Shown in pieces: positions 25,128 to 44,454 of a DNA stretch of 64,000 bases. The notes below the pieces were generated by a model. It did not search any database. It saw only the letters and a program-made list of their open reading frames with translations, and had not been told where the DNA came from. Position 1 is the first letter of the stretch. Every line of letters begins with the position of its first letter. The position numbers and the translations under genes were made by a program. Origin of the DNA: the human T2T-CHM13v2.0 reference genome, Homo sapiens; assembly GCA_009914755.4 (NCBI GenBank), contig CP068257.2, forward strand, positions 6,144,001 through 6,208,000. The letters are read 5' to 3'.

Positions 25128-25855
25128 TGGGGTCTGCGTTCCACCACCAGGTGCTCCTTGGTGGCAGCTGGGAGGCTGAAGGGGCACGGGCGGGTCCGCG
25201 ACGGTGGTGCGGAGGCACAGAGGAGGAGAGCCGCCAGAGTGTTGTCAGGCCTGGATGCTGTGTGGGCCCGGTGTTTAGCAGGACGGGGATCTCCACCCAG
25301 CCCAGGGGAGTACGCATTTTATGGAGGTGGGGATTGAGGGTGGGGAAGGTGTGCTCAGGCGGGGTGGGGTGGAGGAAAGGCAGGAGAGTGTTGCCCGGGC
25401 TGCTCCCACAGCCAAGGCGGCTGCCCACAAACCCGTACGTGCGCAGTAGGCGGCCCACATGCTGGTACCTGGGCCGGCTCAGGGATCCCCGGGATGCCCA
25501 GGAAAGAATGGCAGTTCTCCGCTGTTTGAGGTCTCTCACCGGGCATAGAACTAGAAGGCAGGAATCCCAGGCCAGTCAGCCCGGTGGAGGGGGCGGGGGA
25601 AGACACGCCCCTCCATAGCCAGCCAGGTGTTCCCCCCAAAAGAGAGGCCACCGCTCTGGCCCGAACCAACCCCTTCCCAACCCCGCGTCCTAAAGCTCCT
25701 CCAGCAGAGCCTGGTATTCCTCCACGCTGAGGGGTGCTTCCAGCGAGGCGGCCTCTTCCAAGGCCTCCATCTATCACCGGGCCTCCGTTTCTAGGAAATG
25801 TTGCACCTGCTGCAGAAACTCCGGGCTCCCCAGGAGCTCATCCAGCAGCAATGCA
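25128..25855 (-). repeat. D4Z4-like unit E, truncated: 3' region plus only the last ~150 bp of the DUX4-like ORF
   Basis: Homology begins inside the LSau-like part ('ggtctgcgttccaccaccagg' aligns with 'agtctgcgttccgccgccagg' of unit A). It runs to '...ctcatccagcagca' and is then joined to beta-satellite through a 16-17-bp microduplication. Confidence 0.75.
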
Positions 25856-28800
25856 TCCTGCAGTGATCCTGCAGTGCATCCTGCAGTGATCACGCAGGTG
25901 ATGAAACACTTGCCTATATCTGCCTACTGGCTGCATTGTGGCATATTTCTGCACTGATCACCCAAGTGAGGGACACTTGTCTTTGATCTGCCTATGGGAG
26001 CATAGTGACATATCTCTGCACTGATCACCTAGGTGATGTAACTATTTTCTTGGATCTGCCTACAGGGTGCTTTGGGTCATATCCCTGCAATGATTTCCCA
26101 GGTGATGTACCACTTGTCAAGGCTCTGCTTACGGGAACATTGCGAGGTATCTCTGCACTGATCACCTAGGTCATGTAACACTTGTCTAGGGTCTGCCTAC
26201 AATGGAATTGTAACATATCTCTGCACTAATCATCCTAGTGATGTAACTCTTGTCTAGGATCTGCCTAATCGAACTTTGTGACATAACTCTGAACTGATCT
26301 TCCAGGTGATGGGGCTTTTGTCTAGGCTCTGCCTAAGGGGGCATTGTGACATATTTCTGCACTGATCACCCAGGTGACGGACTCTTGTCTTGGATCTGCC
26401 TATGGGGGCATTGTGACATATCTCTGCACTGATAACACAGGTGATGTAACTGTTGTGTAAGCTCTGCCTACAGGGGAATTGTGAGAGATCTCGCCACTGA
26501 TCAACCAAGTGATGTAACCATTGTCTAAGCTTTGCCTACAGGGGGCTTTGTGACATAAGTTTGCACTGATTACCCTGGTGATGTAACTCATCTAAGTTCT
26601 GCCTACAGGAGATTTGTGACATAACTCTGCACTGATCACTTAAGTGATGTAACAGTTTTATAAGCACTGCCTACAGGGAATTTTGACAAATCTCTGCACT
26701 GATCACCTAGGTGATGGAACTCTTGTCTACCCTCTGTCCAAAGTGGGCATTGGGAAATATATCTGCACAGATCACCCAAGTGATTCAACTCTTGTCTAGG
26801 ATCTGCCAACAGGGGGTATTTTGAAATATCTCTGCACTGATCAACTAGGTGGTGTAACTCTTGTCTAGGCTCTGCCTACAGGGAGGTTTTCACATAACCC
26901 TGAACTGATGACAAAGGTGATGTAACTCTTGCCTAAGCTTTGCCTACAGGGGACATTGTGACATATATCTGCACTGATCACCCAGGTGATGCAACTCTTG
27001 CCTAGGCTTTGTCTACAGGGGACATTTTGACATATCTCTGCACTGATTACCCAGGTGATGCAACTCTTCTCTATGCTCTGCCTACAGGGGACATTGTGAC
27101 ATATCTCTGCACTGATCACCCAGGTGATGCAACTCTTCTCTATGATCTGCCTTCAGGGTACATTGTGACATATCCCTGCACTGATCACACAGGTGATGCA
27201 ACTCCTCTTTATGCTCTGCCTACAGGGGGCATTGTGACATATCTCTGCACTGATCACCCAGGTGATGTAACTCTTTTCTAGTCTCTGCCTACAGAGGACG
27301 TTGTGAAATCTCTCTGCACGGATCACCCGGGTTATGTAACTCTTTTCTAGGCTCTGCCTACGGGGGCATTGTGACTTATCTCTGCACTGATCACACAGGA
27401 GATGTGACACTTGTCTGAGATCTGCCTAGAGGGACGTTGGGACATCTCTCTGCACTGATCACTGAGGTGATGTAAAACTGATCTAGGCTTTGCCTACAGT
27501 GGGATTTGTGACATATCTCTTCACTGATCACCCAGGTGATGTAACTCTTGTCTAGGCTCTGCCTACAGGGGCGTTTTCACATATCCCTGAACTGATGACA
27601 AAGGTGATGTAACTCTTGCCTAGGCTTTGCCTACATGGGACATTGTGACATATCTCTGCACTGATCACCCAGGTGATGCAACTCTTCTCTATGCTCTGCC
27701 TACAGGGGACATTGTGACATATCTCTGCACTGATCACCCAGGTGGTGCAACTCTTCTCTATGTTCTGCCTACAGGGGCATTGTGACATATCTCTGCACTG
27801 ATCACCCAGGTGATGTAACTCTTTTCTAGTCTCTGCCTACAGAGGGCTTTGTGACATCACTCTGCAGGGATCACCCTGGTTATGTAACTCTTGTCTAGTC
27901 TCCGCCTATGGGGCATTGTGACTTATCTCTGCATTGATCACCCAGGAGGTGTGACTCATGTCTAAGCTCTGAATAGAGGGACACTGGGACATATCTCTGT
28001 TCTGATCGCTGAGGTGATGTTAAACTTGTCTACACTTTGCCTACAGTGGGATTTATGACTTATCTCTGCACTGATAACCCAGTTGATGTAACTCTTGTCT
28101 AGGCTCTGCTTACAGGGGGTATTATGAGATATCTCTGCACTAAACACCCAGGTGATGAAACTCTTGTCTAGGCTCTGCCTACAGGGGCATTTTAACATGT
28201 AACTGCACTGATCACCGAGATGATGTAACTCTTGTATAGGCTTCGCCGACAGGGGGCATTGAGACATATCTCTGCATTGATCACTGAGGTGATGCAACTC
28301 TTTTCTGGGATCTGCTTAAAGAGGGCATTGTTACATATCTCTGCCCTGATCACCCAGGTGATGTAACTCTTTTCTAGGCTCTGCCTACTGGAGACATTGT
28401 GACATATCTCCACACTGATCACCCATTTGATGTCACTTTTGTCAACGATATGGCTTCAGGGATATTGTGACATGTCACTGCACTGATCACACAGCTGATG
28501 TAACTCTTGTCTAGGCTCTGGCTACAGGGGGCTTGTGACCAATCTCTGCACTGATCACCCAGGTGATATAACCCTTGTATAGCCTCTGCCAAAATGGGGC
28601 ATTGTGACATAATTCTGCACTGATCACCCAGGTGATGGGACTCTTGTCTAGGCTCTGCCTACAGGGGCATTGTGACATATCTCTGCAGTGATCACGCAGG
28701 TGATGTAACTCTTGTCTACATCTGCCTACTGGTGGCATTGTGGCATATTTCTGCACTGATCACCCAGGTGATGGACTCTTGTCTTGGATCTGCCTATGGG

Positions 28801-31800
28801 GGCATAGTGACATGTCTCTGCCCTGATCACTCATGTGATGTAACGCTTGTCTAAGCTGTGCCTAAAGGGGAATTGTGAGAGATATCTCCACTGATCACCC
28901 TGGTGATGTAACAATTTTCTGGGATATGTCTACAGCGGGATTTGTGACATATCTTTGCACTGATCACCCAGGAGATGTAACTCTTTTCTAGGCTAGGCCC
29001 ACAGGGGCTTTGTGACATATTTCTGCAGTGGTCATCCAGGTGATGTAACTCTTGTTTAGGCTCTGCCTACATGGGCTTTGTGACATATTTCTGTACTGAT
29101 CACCGAGGTGATGTAACTCTTTTCTAAGCTCCAACTACAGGGGGTATTGTGACGTATCTCTGCAGTGATCACCCAGGTGATGTAACATTTATCTTGGCTC
29201 TGCCTACAGGGGTGTTTTGACATAGCTCTGCACAGATCACCTAGATTATGTAACTCTTGTCCAGTCTCTGCCTTCAGGGGGCTTTGGGATATATCTCTGC
29301 ACTGATCACCCAGATGATGGGACTCTTGTCTATGCTCTGCTTATAGGGGCATTGTGACTTATCTCTGCACTGATCACCCAGGAGATGTGACATTTGACTA
29401 AGCTCTGCCTAGAGGGACATTGGGACATCTCCCTGCACTGATCGCTGAGGTGATGTAAAACTTGTCTAGGCTTTGCCTACAGTGGGATGTATGACATATC
29501 TCTGCTCTGATCACCCAGGTGATGTAACCCTTGTCTGAGCTCTGCATACAGTGGCTTTGTGACATATTTCTGCACTGATCACCCAGGAGATGTAACTCTC
29601 CTTTAGGCTCTGCCTACATGGGCTTTGTGACATATTTCTGTACTGATCACCTAGGTGATGTAACTCTTGTCTAGGCTCCACCTACAGGGTGTATTGTGAC
29701 GTATCTCTGCACCAATCACCCATTTGATGTAATATTTATCTAGGCTCTGCCTACAGGGGCGTTTTGACATAGCTCTTCAAAGATCACCTAGGTTATGTAA
29801 CTCTTATCCGCTCTCTGCCAACAGGGGCATTGTGAAATATCTCTGCACTGATCACCCAGGTGATGGGACTCTTCTCTATACTCAGCGTAGAAGGGGGTTT
29901 GTGACATATCTCTGCACTGATCACCCAGGTGATGTAACTCTTGTGTAGGCTCTGCTTACAGTGGGTATTGGGACATATCTCTGAACTGATCACCTAAGTG
30001 ATGTAACACTTGTGTAGGCTCTGCCTACAGGGGCATTTTGATATATCTCTGCACTGTTACCCGAGGTGATGTAACTCATGTCCAGGCTGTGCCCACAGGG
30101 GTATTGAGACATATCTCTGCACTGATCCCGAAGTGATCCAACTCTTGCCTGGGCTGTGCCTACTGGGGTCATTGTGACATATCTCTGCACTGATCTCCCA
30201 GGTGCTGTAACTTTATTCTAGTCTCTGGTTACATGGCATTGTGACATATCACTCCACTGAACACACAGGTGATATAACTCTTGTCTAGGCTCTGCCTACA
30301 GGGGGCTTGTGACATATCTCTGCACTGATCACCCAGGTGATATAACTCTTTTCTAGGATCTCCCTACAGGGTGCTTTGTGACATATGCCTGCAATGATCA
30401 CCCAGGTGATGTACCGCTTGTCAAGGCTCTGCCTACAGGGACATTGCGATGTATCTCTGCACTGATCACCTGGGTCATGTAACTCTTGTCTAGGCTCTGC
30501 CTACAGTGGAATTGTGACATATCTCTGCACTGATCATCCAAGTGATGTAACTCTTGTCTAGGATCTGCCTAAAGGGACTTTGTGAAATAACTCTGCACTG
30601 ATCATGCAGGTGATTGGGCTTTTGTCTAGGCTCTGCCTAAGTGGGCATTGTGACATATTTCTGCACTGATCACCCAGGTGACGGACTCTTGTCTTGCATC
30701 TGCTTATGGGGGTATTGTGACATATTGATGCACTGATCACCCAGGTGATGTAAATGTTGTATAAGCCCTGCCTACAGGGGAATTGTGAGAGATCTCGCCA
30801 CTGATCACCCAACTGATGTAACTATTGTCTAGGCTTTGCCTACATAGGGCCTTGTGACATACCTTTGCACTGATCTCCCAGGTGATATAACTCATCTAAT
30901 TTATGCCTACAGGAGCTTTGTGACATATCTCTGCACTGATAACTTAGGTGATGTAACACTTTTATAAGCACTGCCTACAGGGAATTTTGACAAATCACTG
31001 CACTGATCACCCAGGTGATGTAACTCTTTTCTAGGATCTGACTACAGGGTGTTTTGTGACGTATCCCTGCAATGATAACCCATTTGGTGTACCACTCTTC
31101 AAGGTTCGGCCTACAGGGACATTGTGATGTATCTCTGCACTGATCACCTAGGTCATGTAACTCTTGTCTAGGCTCTGTCTACAGTGGCATTGTGACATAT
31201 CTCTGCACTGATCATCCAAGTGATGCAACTCTTGTCTAGGATCTGCCTAAAGGGACTTTGTGACATAACTCTGCACTGATCATCCAGGTGATGGGGCTTT
31301 TTTCTAGGTTCTGCCTAAGGGGGCATTGTGACATATATCTGCACTGATCACCCAGGTGACAATCTCTTGTCTTGAATCTGCCTATGGGGGCATTGTGATG
31401 TATCTCTGCACTGATCACCCAGGTGATGTAACTGTTGTATAAGCTCTGCCTACAGGGGAACTGTGAGAGATCTCGCCACTGATCACCCCAGTGAATTAAC
31501 TATTGTCTAGGCTTTGCCTCCAGGGGGCTTTGTGACATACATTTGCACTGATCACCCAGGTGATGTAACTCATCTAAGTTCTGCTTACAGGAGCTTTGTG
31601 ACATATCTCTGCACTGATCACTTAGGTTATATAACACTTTTATAAGCACTGCCTAAAGGGAATTTTGACAAATCTCTGCACTGATCACCTAGGTGATGTA
31701 AATCTTGTCCTCCCTCTGCCCAAAGGGTGCATTGTGAAATATCTCTGCACTGATCACCCTGGTGATTCAACTCTTGTCTAGGATCTGCCTACAGGGGGTA

Positions 31801-32889
31801 TTGTGACATATCTCTGCAATGGTCACACAGGTGATGTACCTGTTGTCTATATCTGCTTACTGGTGACATTGCAGCATATTTCTGAAGTGATCACCCAGCT
31901 GATGTACTCTTGTCTTGGATCAGCCTATGGGGTCATAGTGACATATCTCTGCACTTATCACTCCTGTGACGTGACGCTTGTCTAATCTGCGCCTAAAGGG
32001 GAATTGTGACAGATATCTCCAGTGATCACTCAGGTGATGTAACAATTTTCTGGGATTTGTCTACAGGGGGCTTTGTGACATATCTTTGCACTGATCATCC
32101 AGGAGATGTTACTCTTGCCTGGGCTCGGCCTAAAGGGGCTTTGTGACATTTTTCTGCACCGATCTCCCAGGTGATGTAACACTTGTCAAGGCTCTGCCTA
32201 CACGGGAATTCTCACATATCTCTGCACTGATCACCCAGGTGATGTAACTCCTGCCTAAGTTCAGCCTACTGGAACATTGTGACATATCTCTACACTGATC
32301 ATCCAGGTTATGTAACCCTTGTCTGAGCTCTGCCTACAGGGGCATTGCGACAAATCTCTCCACTGCTCACTCAGGTGATGTAACAGTTGTCTGGGCTTTG
32401 CCTACCGGGGGCTTTGTGATATACATGTGAACTGATCAAACAGTTGATGTAACACTTGTCAAAGTTCTGCTTACAGGGGCTTTGTGACATATCTCTGCAC
32501 TGATCACCCCAGGGAGAAAACACTTGTTTACACTCTGCCTACAGGAGGCTTTACGACTTATCTCTGCACTGATCACTAGGTGATGTAACACTTGTCTAAG
32601 CTCTGTCTACACGGGAATTTTCACATATCTCTACACTGATCACATAAGTGATGTAACCCTTGTCTAGGTTCAGCCTACTGGCGATTTCTGACATACCTAT
32701 GCACTGATCACGGAGGTGATGTAAATCATTTCCAGGCTTTTTGTACAGTGGACATTGTGATATATCTCTGCACTGATAACCCAAATGATGCAAATCTTCT
32801 CTAGGCTCCGCAGGGATGAGGCATTGTGACATATTTTTGAACTGATCATCCAGAAGATGTAACTATTCTCTAGGCTTTGACTAAGGAGA
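25856..32889. repeat. beta-satellite tandem array, orientation 1 (longest block, ~100 monomers)
   Basis: 68-bp GATC monomers. Confidence 0.9.
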
Positions 32890-33685
32890 GTCGGAAGGTG
32901 TTGGGGGAGCCTCAGCAGGAATTTCATGGACAGACTAGGGCACAGAGAGGCCAGCCGGCTCCCTTGCACGTCAGCAGGGGTGCGCAATGAGCGCAGGTCT
33001 AGCCAGGAGGCCAGCAAAGTGAGCTAGAGTTCTGCGTTCCGCCGCCAGGCGCTCCATGGTGGCAGCTGGGAGGCTGCCGGAACACTTGCGGGTCGGCGAC
33101 CGTGGCGCAGAGTCGCAGAGGAGGCGAGTGCCGGAGGGTTGTCAGGCCTGGATGCTGCAAGGGCCCGTTGTTTTGCGGGACGGGGTTCTCCACCCAGCCC
33201 AGGGGAGGACGTATTTTCCAGGGGTGGGGTGTGGGGATGGGGTGGGGTGTTCAGGCGGGGGTGGGGTGGTGGAAAGGCATGAGAGCTCTGCCTGTGCTGC
33301 TCCCACAGCCCAGGCAGCTGCCCGCAAACCCGCGCGTTCGCAGTAGGTGGCCCACCTTCTGGTAACTGGGCTGGCTCTGGGATCCCTGGGATGCCCAGAA
33401 AGAATGGCAGTTCTCCACTCTGTGGAGTCTCTCACTGGGCCTAGACCAAGGAGGCAGGCATCCTAGGCCAGTCAGCCCAGTGGAGAGGGCGGGAGAAAGA
33501 CACACCCCTCCATAGTCAGCCAGGTGTTCCCCGTGAAAGAGAGGCCACCGCCCTGCCCCGACCTGACCTCTTCCCAACCCCGCATCCATAAGTTCCTCCA
33601 GCAGAGCCCGGTATCCTTCCTTGCTGAAGGGTGCTTCCAGCGAGGTGGCCTCTTCCAAGGCCTCCAGCTCCCCCAGGGCCTCCGT

Positions 33686-35026
<1,341 letters not shown>

Positions 35027-35655
35027 TCATGAATGGCGGTGAGCCCTGGGACAGCACGCCCCACACTGGAAGGGTCCTAGGGCGTCGAGGCCTGTGGATG
35101 GGGGGTGGTTGTGTTGGGGGGGAGGGCGTGGTGATGGTGGTGGTGGGGCTGGAGAGACGAAGAGGAAGGGGTCGAGAGGGAAGGGGTGAGGGGGGCACGT
35201 TTCGGGGGCTAGCACTCCGCACCTCACCAGGAGTCCCGCAGGAGCTGGAAGCCGCACTCTGGGCTCCCACGTGTCTTCAGCAGGGAGAAACCGGCCTGGG
35301 AGGGTGGAGGGGAGTGTGGAACTTAACCTCTGTGGGAGTCTGGAGTGTTCCAGGCCCTCTTTCCTTGAAGCAGGTAGAGCCTGTGGGTGTCGCCGTTGTC
35401 GGGACATTCTCACACACACAGGCGTGGGGCTCTCGTTCATTTCCACGTAGGAGGCCAGAGTGAGAGCCCAGAGAGAAGATGCCTCCCCGGCGTGATAGCC
35501 TGAGGATGGATTCCCGTGTGCGGCAACATGGGGAGTCTGCAGTGTGGCCGGTTTGGAAACTGGCAAGGAGAGCGAAGGCACCATGCCGGTCTTCCACCCT
35601 TCCCTGAATGTTTCCGGGTGCCCGCAGAGCTCCGGGAGCAAACAGTCAGCATGAC

Positions 35656-36744
35656 AGATCTCTCAACTGATCAACAAATGATGTAACCCTTGTCTAGTCT
35701 CTGCCTACAGGGGCTTTGTGACATATCTCTGCACTGATCACCCAGGTGATGGGACTTTTGTCTAGGCTCTGCCTATGGGGACATTGTGACATATCTCTAC
35801 ACTGATCACCCAGGTCATGGACTCTTATTTAGATCTGCCTACATGGACATTGTGACACATCTCTGAACTGATCAACCAAGTGATGAAACTCTTGTCTAGT
35901 CTCTACCTACAGGGGCATATTGAGACATCTCTGCACTGATAACCCGGAGGAGGGATCTCTTGTCTACGTTCTGCCTACAGGAGTCTTCATGAATTATACC
36001 TGCACTGATAACCTAGGTGATGTAACACTTGTCTAGGCTTGGCATACACTGGAAATCTCACATATCTCTGCACTGATCACCTGGGTGATGTAACTCCTGT
36101 CTAGGTTGAGCCTACAGGAGAGTTTTGACGTATCTCTGCACTGATCACCCAGGTGATGTAACCCTTGTCTAAGCTCTGCCTACAGGGGCATTGTGACAGA
36201 TGTCTCCACTGCTCACCCAGGTGATGTAACAATTGTCTGGGCTTTGCCTACAGGGGACTTTGTGATATACATTTCCACTGATGAAACAGGTGATGTAACC
36301 CTTGTGAAGGTTCTGCTTACAGGGGCTTTGTGACATATCTCTGCACTGATCACCCCTGGGAGGAAACACTTGTCTACACTCTGCCTACAGGAGGCTTTAC
36401 AACTTATCCCTGCACTATTCACTACGTGATGTAACACTTGTCTAGGCTCTGTCTACACGGGAATTTTCACATATCTCTACACTGATCACATAAGTGATGT
36501 AACCCTTGTCTAGGTTCAGCCTACAGGGGATTTCTGACATACCTATGCACAGATCACCGAGGTGATGTAAATTATTTCCAGCCTTTTCGTACAGGGGACA
36601 TTGTGATATATCTCTGCACTGATCACCCAAATGATGCAAATCTTCTCTAGGCTCCGCAGGGAGGTGGCATTGTGACGTATTTCTGAACTGATCATCCAGG
36701 AGATATAACTATTCTCCAGGCTTTGACTAAAGAGCGTCGGAAGG
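35656..36744. repeat. beta-satellite tandem array, orientation 1 (short block, ~16 monomers)
   Basis: 68-bp GATC monomers. Confidence 0.9.
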
Positions 36745-39480
<2,736 letters not shown>

Positions 39481-42400
39481 ATATCTCTGAACTGATAAAC
39501 AAAGTGATGTGACTCTTGTCTAGGCTCTGCCTACAGGGGATTTGTGACACATCTCTGCACTGATCACCCAGGTGATGTAACCCTTGTGTTGGATCTGCCT
39601 ATGGGGGCATTGTGGCATATTTCTGTACAGATCACACAGGTGATGGGGCTCTTGTTTAGGCTCTGTTTATGGGGGCTTTGTGACATATCTCTGCACTGAT
39701 CACCCAGGTGATGTAACGCTTGACTAGGCTCTGCCTATGGGGCATAGTGACATATCACTGCATTGATCTCCGAGGTGAGGTAACTCTTGTCCAGACACTG
39801 CTTACAGGGGGCCTTGTGACATATACCTGCACTGATCATTTGGTGATGTAACTCTTGATTACGCTCTGACTGCAGGGCAGAGATACTGTGAAATATCTCT
39901 GCACTGATCAAACAGGTGATGGGACTCATCTCTAGGCTCTGCCTACTGGGGGCATTGTCACATATTTCTGCACGGATCACACAGGTGACGGACTCTTGTC
40001 TTGGATTTGCCTATGGGGGCATTGGGACGCATCTCTGCACTGATCACCCAGGTGATTTAATTCTTTTCTAAGCTCTGCCTAAAGGGGCATTGTGACAGAT
40101 CTCTGCACTGATCACTCAGGTGATGTAACTATTGTCTGTGCTCTGCTTAAAGGGGCCTTGTCACATATCTCTACACTGATCACCCAGGTGATGTAACTCT
40201 CGTCTAGGCTCTGCTCACAGGGGGTATTGTGACATATCTCCGCACTGATCACCTAAGTGATGTAACACTTGTGTAGGCTCTACCTACAGGGGCATTTTGA
40301 CATATCTCTGCACTTTTAACAGAGGTGATGTAGCTCTTGTCTAGGCTGTGCCCTCAGGAGTATTGAGAAATATCTCTGCACTGATCCCGAGGTGATCCAA
40401 CTCTTGCCTGTTCTCTGCCTATAGAGGACATTGTGACATATCTCTGCACTGATCTCCCAGGTGCTGTAAATTTAGTGTAGGCTCTGGCTACACGGCATTG
40501 TGACATATCACTGCACAGATCACCCAGGTGATATATCTCTTGTCTAGGCTCTGCCTACAGGGGGCTTGTGACATATCACTGCACTGATCACCCAAGTGAT
40601 GTAACTCTTTTCTAGCATCTGCCTACAGGGTGCTTTGTGACATATCCCCGCAATGATCACCCAGGTGATATGCCACTTGTCAAGGCTCTGCCTACAGGCA
40701 CATTGCGATGTATCTCTGCACTGATCACCTAGGTCATGTAACACTTGTCTAGGCTTTGTCTACCATGGCATTGTGACATATCTCTGCAGTGATCATCAAA
40801 GTGATGTAACTCTTTTCTAGGATCTGCCTAAAGGGATTTTGTGACATAACACTGTACTGATCCTCCAGGTGATGGGGCATTTGTCTAGGCTCTGCCTAAG
40901 GGGGTATTGTGACATATTTCTGCACTGATCACCCTGGTGATGGACACATGTCTTGGATCTGCCTATGGGGCATTGTGACATAACTCTGCACTGATCACCC
41001 AGGTGATGTAACTGTTGTATAAGCTCTGCCTACAGGGGAATTGTGAGAGATCTCGCCACTGATCACCCAAGTGATATAATGATAGTCTAGGCTTTGCCTA
41101 CAGGGGGCTTTTTGACATACCTTTGCACTGATCACCCAGGTGACGTAACTCATCTAAGTTCCACGTACAGGAGCTTTGTGACATACCTTTGCACTGATCA
41201 TCCAGGTGACGTAACTCATCTAAGTTCTGCCTACAGGAGCTTTGTAACATATCTCTGCACTGATCACTCAGGTGATGTAACACTTTTTTAAGCACTGCCT
41301 ACAGGGAATTTTGACAAATCTCTGCACTGATCACCTAGGTGATGTAACTCTTCTCTACCCTCTGCTCAAAGGGGGAATCGTGAAATATCTCTGCACTGAT
41401 CACCCAGGTGATTCAACTCTTGTCTAGGATCTGTCTACAGGGGGTATTGTGCGATATCTCTGCACTGATCAACTAGGTGATGTAAATAGTGTCTAGGCTC
41501 AGCCTACAGGAGCGTTTTCACATATCCCTGAACTGATGACAAAGGTGATGTAACTCTTGCCTAGGCTTTGCCTACAGGGGACATTTTGACATACCTCTGT
41601 ACTGATCACCCAGGTGATCCAACTCTTCTCTACGCTCTGCCTACAGGGGGCATTGTGACATATCTCTGAACTGATCACCCAGGTGATGTAACTCTTTTCT
41701 AATCTCTGCCTACAGAGGGCGTTGTGACATCACTCTGCACGGATCACCCGGGTTATGTAACTCTTGTCTAGGCTCAGCCTACGGGGGCATTGTGCCTTAT
41801 CTCTGCACTGATCACCCAGGAGATGTGATTCTTCTCTAAGACCTGCCTAGAGGGACACTGGGACATATCCCTGCACTGATTTCTGAGGTGATGTAAAACT
41901 TGTCTAGGCTTTGCCTACAGTGGTATTTCTGACATATATGTGCATTGATCACCCAGGTGATGTAACTCTTGTCTAGGCTCTGCTTACAGGTGGTATTGTG
42001 ACATATCTCTGCACTGATCACCCAGGTGATGAAAGTCTTCTCTAGGCTCTGCCTAGAGGGGCATTTTCTCATATCACTGCACTGATCACTGAGATGATGT
42101 AACTCTTTTATAGGCTTCAGCAACTGTGGGCATTGAGACATATCTATGCACTGATCACCGAGTTGATGTAACTCTTGTCTGGGATCTGCTTACAGGGGGC
42201 ATTGTGACATATGTCTGCCCTGATCACCCAGGTCATGTAACTCTTGTCTAGCCTCTGCCTACTGGAGACATTGTGACATATTTCCCCACTGATCACCCAG
42301 GTGATGTCACTTTTCTCAAGGATATGGCTACAAGGATATTTTGACATGTCACTGCACTGATCACACAGCTGATATAACTCTTGTCTAGGCTTTGCTGACA

Positions 42401-44454
42401 GGGGCTTGTGACACATCTCTGCACTGATCACCCAGGTGATGTAACCCTTCTCTAGGCTATGCCAAAAGGGTGATTGTGATATAACTCTGCACTGATCACC
42501 CGGGTGATGGGACTCTTGTCTAGGCTCTGCCTACAGGGGCAATGTGATATATCTCTGCAGTGATCACGCAGGTGAAGTAACTCTTGTCTATATCTGCCTA
42601 CTGGCGACATTGTGGCATATTTCTGCACTGGTCACTCAGGTGATGGACTCTTGTCTTGGAACTGCCTATGGGGGCATAGTGACATATCTCTGCACTCATC
42701 ACTCATATGATGTAACGCTTGTCTAAGCTGCGCCTAAAGGAGAATTGTGACAGATATCTCCACTGAACACCCAGGTGATGTAACAATTTTCTGGGATTTG
42801 TCTACAGGGGGCTTTGTGACATAACTTTGCACTGATCACCCAGGAGATGTAATCTTGTCTAGGATCGGCCTACAAGTGCTTTGTTACATATTTCTGCACT
42901 GATCACGGAGGTGATGTAACACTTGTCTGGACTCCGCCTACTTGGGCTTTGTGAGATATCTCTGCACTTATCACCCAGGTGATGTAACTCTTCTCTAGGC
43001 TCCACCTACCTGGGGTATTGGAACCTATTTCTGCACTGATCACCCAGGTGATGTAACATGTATCTAGGCTCTGCCTACTGGGGCGTTTTGACATAGCTCT
43101 GCACAGATCACCTAGCTTATGTAACTCTTGTCCACTCTCTGCCTACAGGGGACATTGTGAAATATCCCTGCACTGATCACCCAGGTGATGGGACTCTTCT
43201 CTATACTCTGCCTAGAGGGGGATTTGTGACATATCTTTGCACTGATCACCCAGGTGATGGAAGTCTTGTCTAGGCTCTGTCTATGGGGGCATTGTGTCAA
43301 ATATCTGCACTGATCACCCAGGTGATGTAACTCTTTTCTAGGCTCTGTCTACAGGGATTTTTGTGACATATCACTGCACTGATCAACTAGGTGATGTAAG
43401 CCTTTTATGGGCTCTGCCTACAGAAGGCTTTGTGACATATCCATGCACTGATCTCTGAGGTGATGCAACTCTTGTCTAGGCACTGCCTACAGGGGACATT
43501 GTTACATATCTCTGCACTGATCACCCAGGTGATGGAGCCTTGTCTTAGATCTGCCTACATGGACATTGTGACACATCTCTGAACTGATCAACCAAGTGAT
43601 GATACTCTTGTCTAGGCTCTGCCTACATGGGCTTTGTGACACATCTCTGCACTGATCACCCTGGGGAGGGAACTCTTGTCTATGCTCTGCCTACAGGAGG
43701 CTTTATGACTTATTACTGCACTGATAACCTAGGTGATATAACACTTGTCTAGGCTCTGCCTACACGGGAATTCTCACATATCTCTGCACTGATCACCCAG
43801 GTGATGTGACTTCTGTCTAGGTTCAGCCTACAGGAGGGTTTTGACATATCTCTGCACTGATCACCCAGGTGATGTAACTCTTGTCTAAGCTCTGCCTACA
43901 GGGGCATTGTGACAGATCTCTCCACTGCTCACCCAGCTGATGTAACAATTTTCTGGGCTTTGTCTACAGGGGCTTTGTTTTATACATTTCCACTGATCAA
44001 ACAAGTGATGTAACCCTTGTCAAGTTTCTGCTTACAGGGCCTTTGTAACATATCTCTGCACTGATCACCCCAGGGAGGAAACATTTGTCTACACTCTACC
44101 TACAGGAGGCTTTACGACTTATCCCTGCACTGATCACTAGGTGATGTAACATTTGTCTAGGCTCTGTCTGCACGGGAATTTTCATATATCTCTATACTGA
44201 TCACCTAAGTGATGTAACCCTTGTCTAGCTTCAGCCTACTGGGGATTTCTGACATACCTATGCACTGATCACCGAGGTGATGGAAATCATTTCCAGGCTT
44301 TTTGTACAGGGGACTTTGTGATATATCTCTGCACTGATCACCCAAATGATGCAAATCTACTCTAGGCTCCACACGGAGGGGGCATTGTGACATATTTCAG
44401 AACTTTTCATCCAGGAGATGTAACTATTCTCCAGGCTTTGACTAAAGACTGTCG
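39481..44454. repeat. beta-satellite tandem array, orientation 1
   Basis: 68-bp GATC monomers. Confidence 0.9.
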
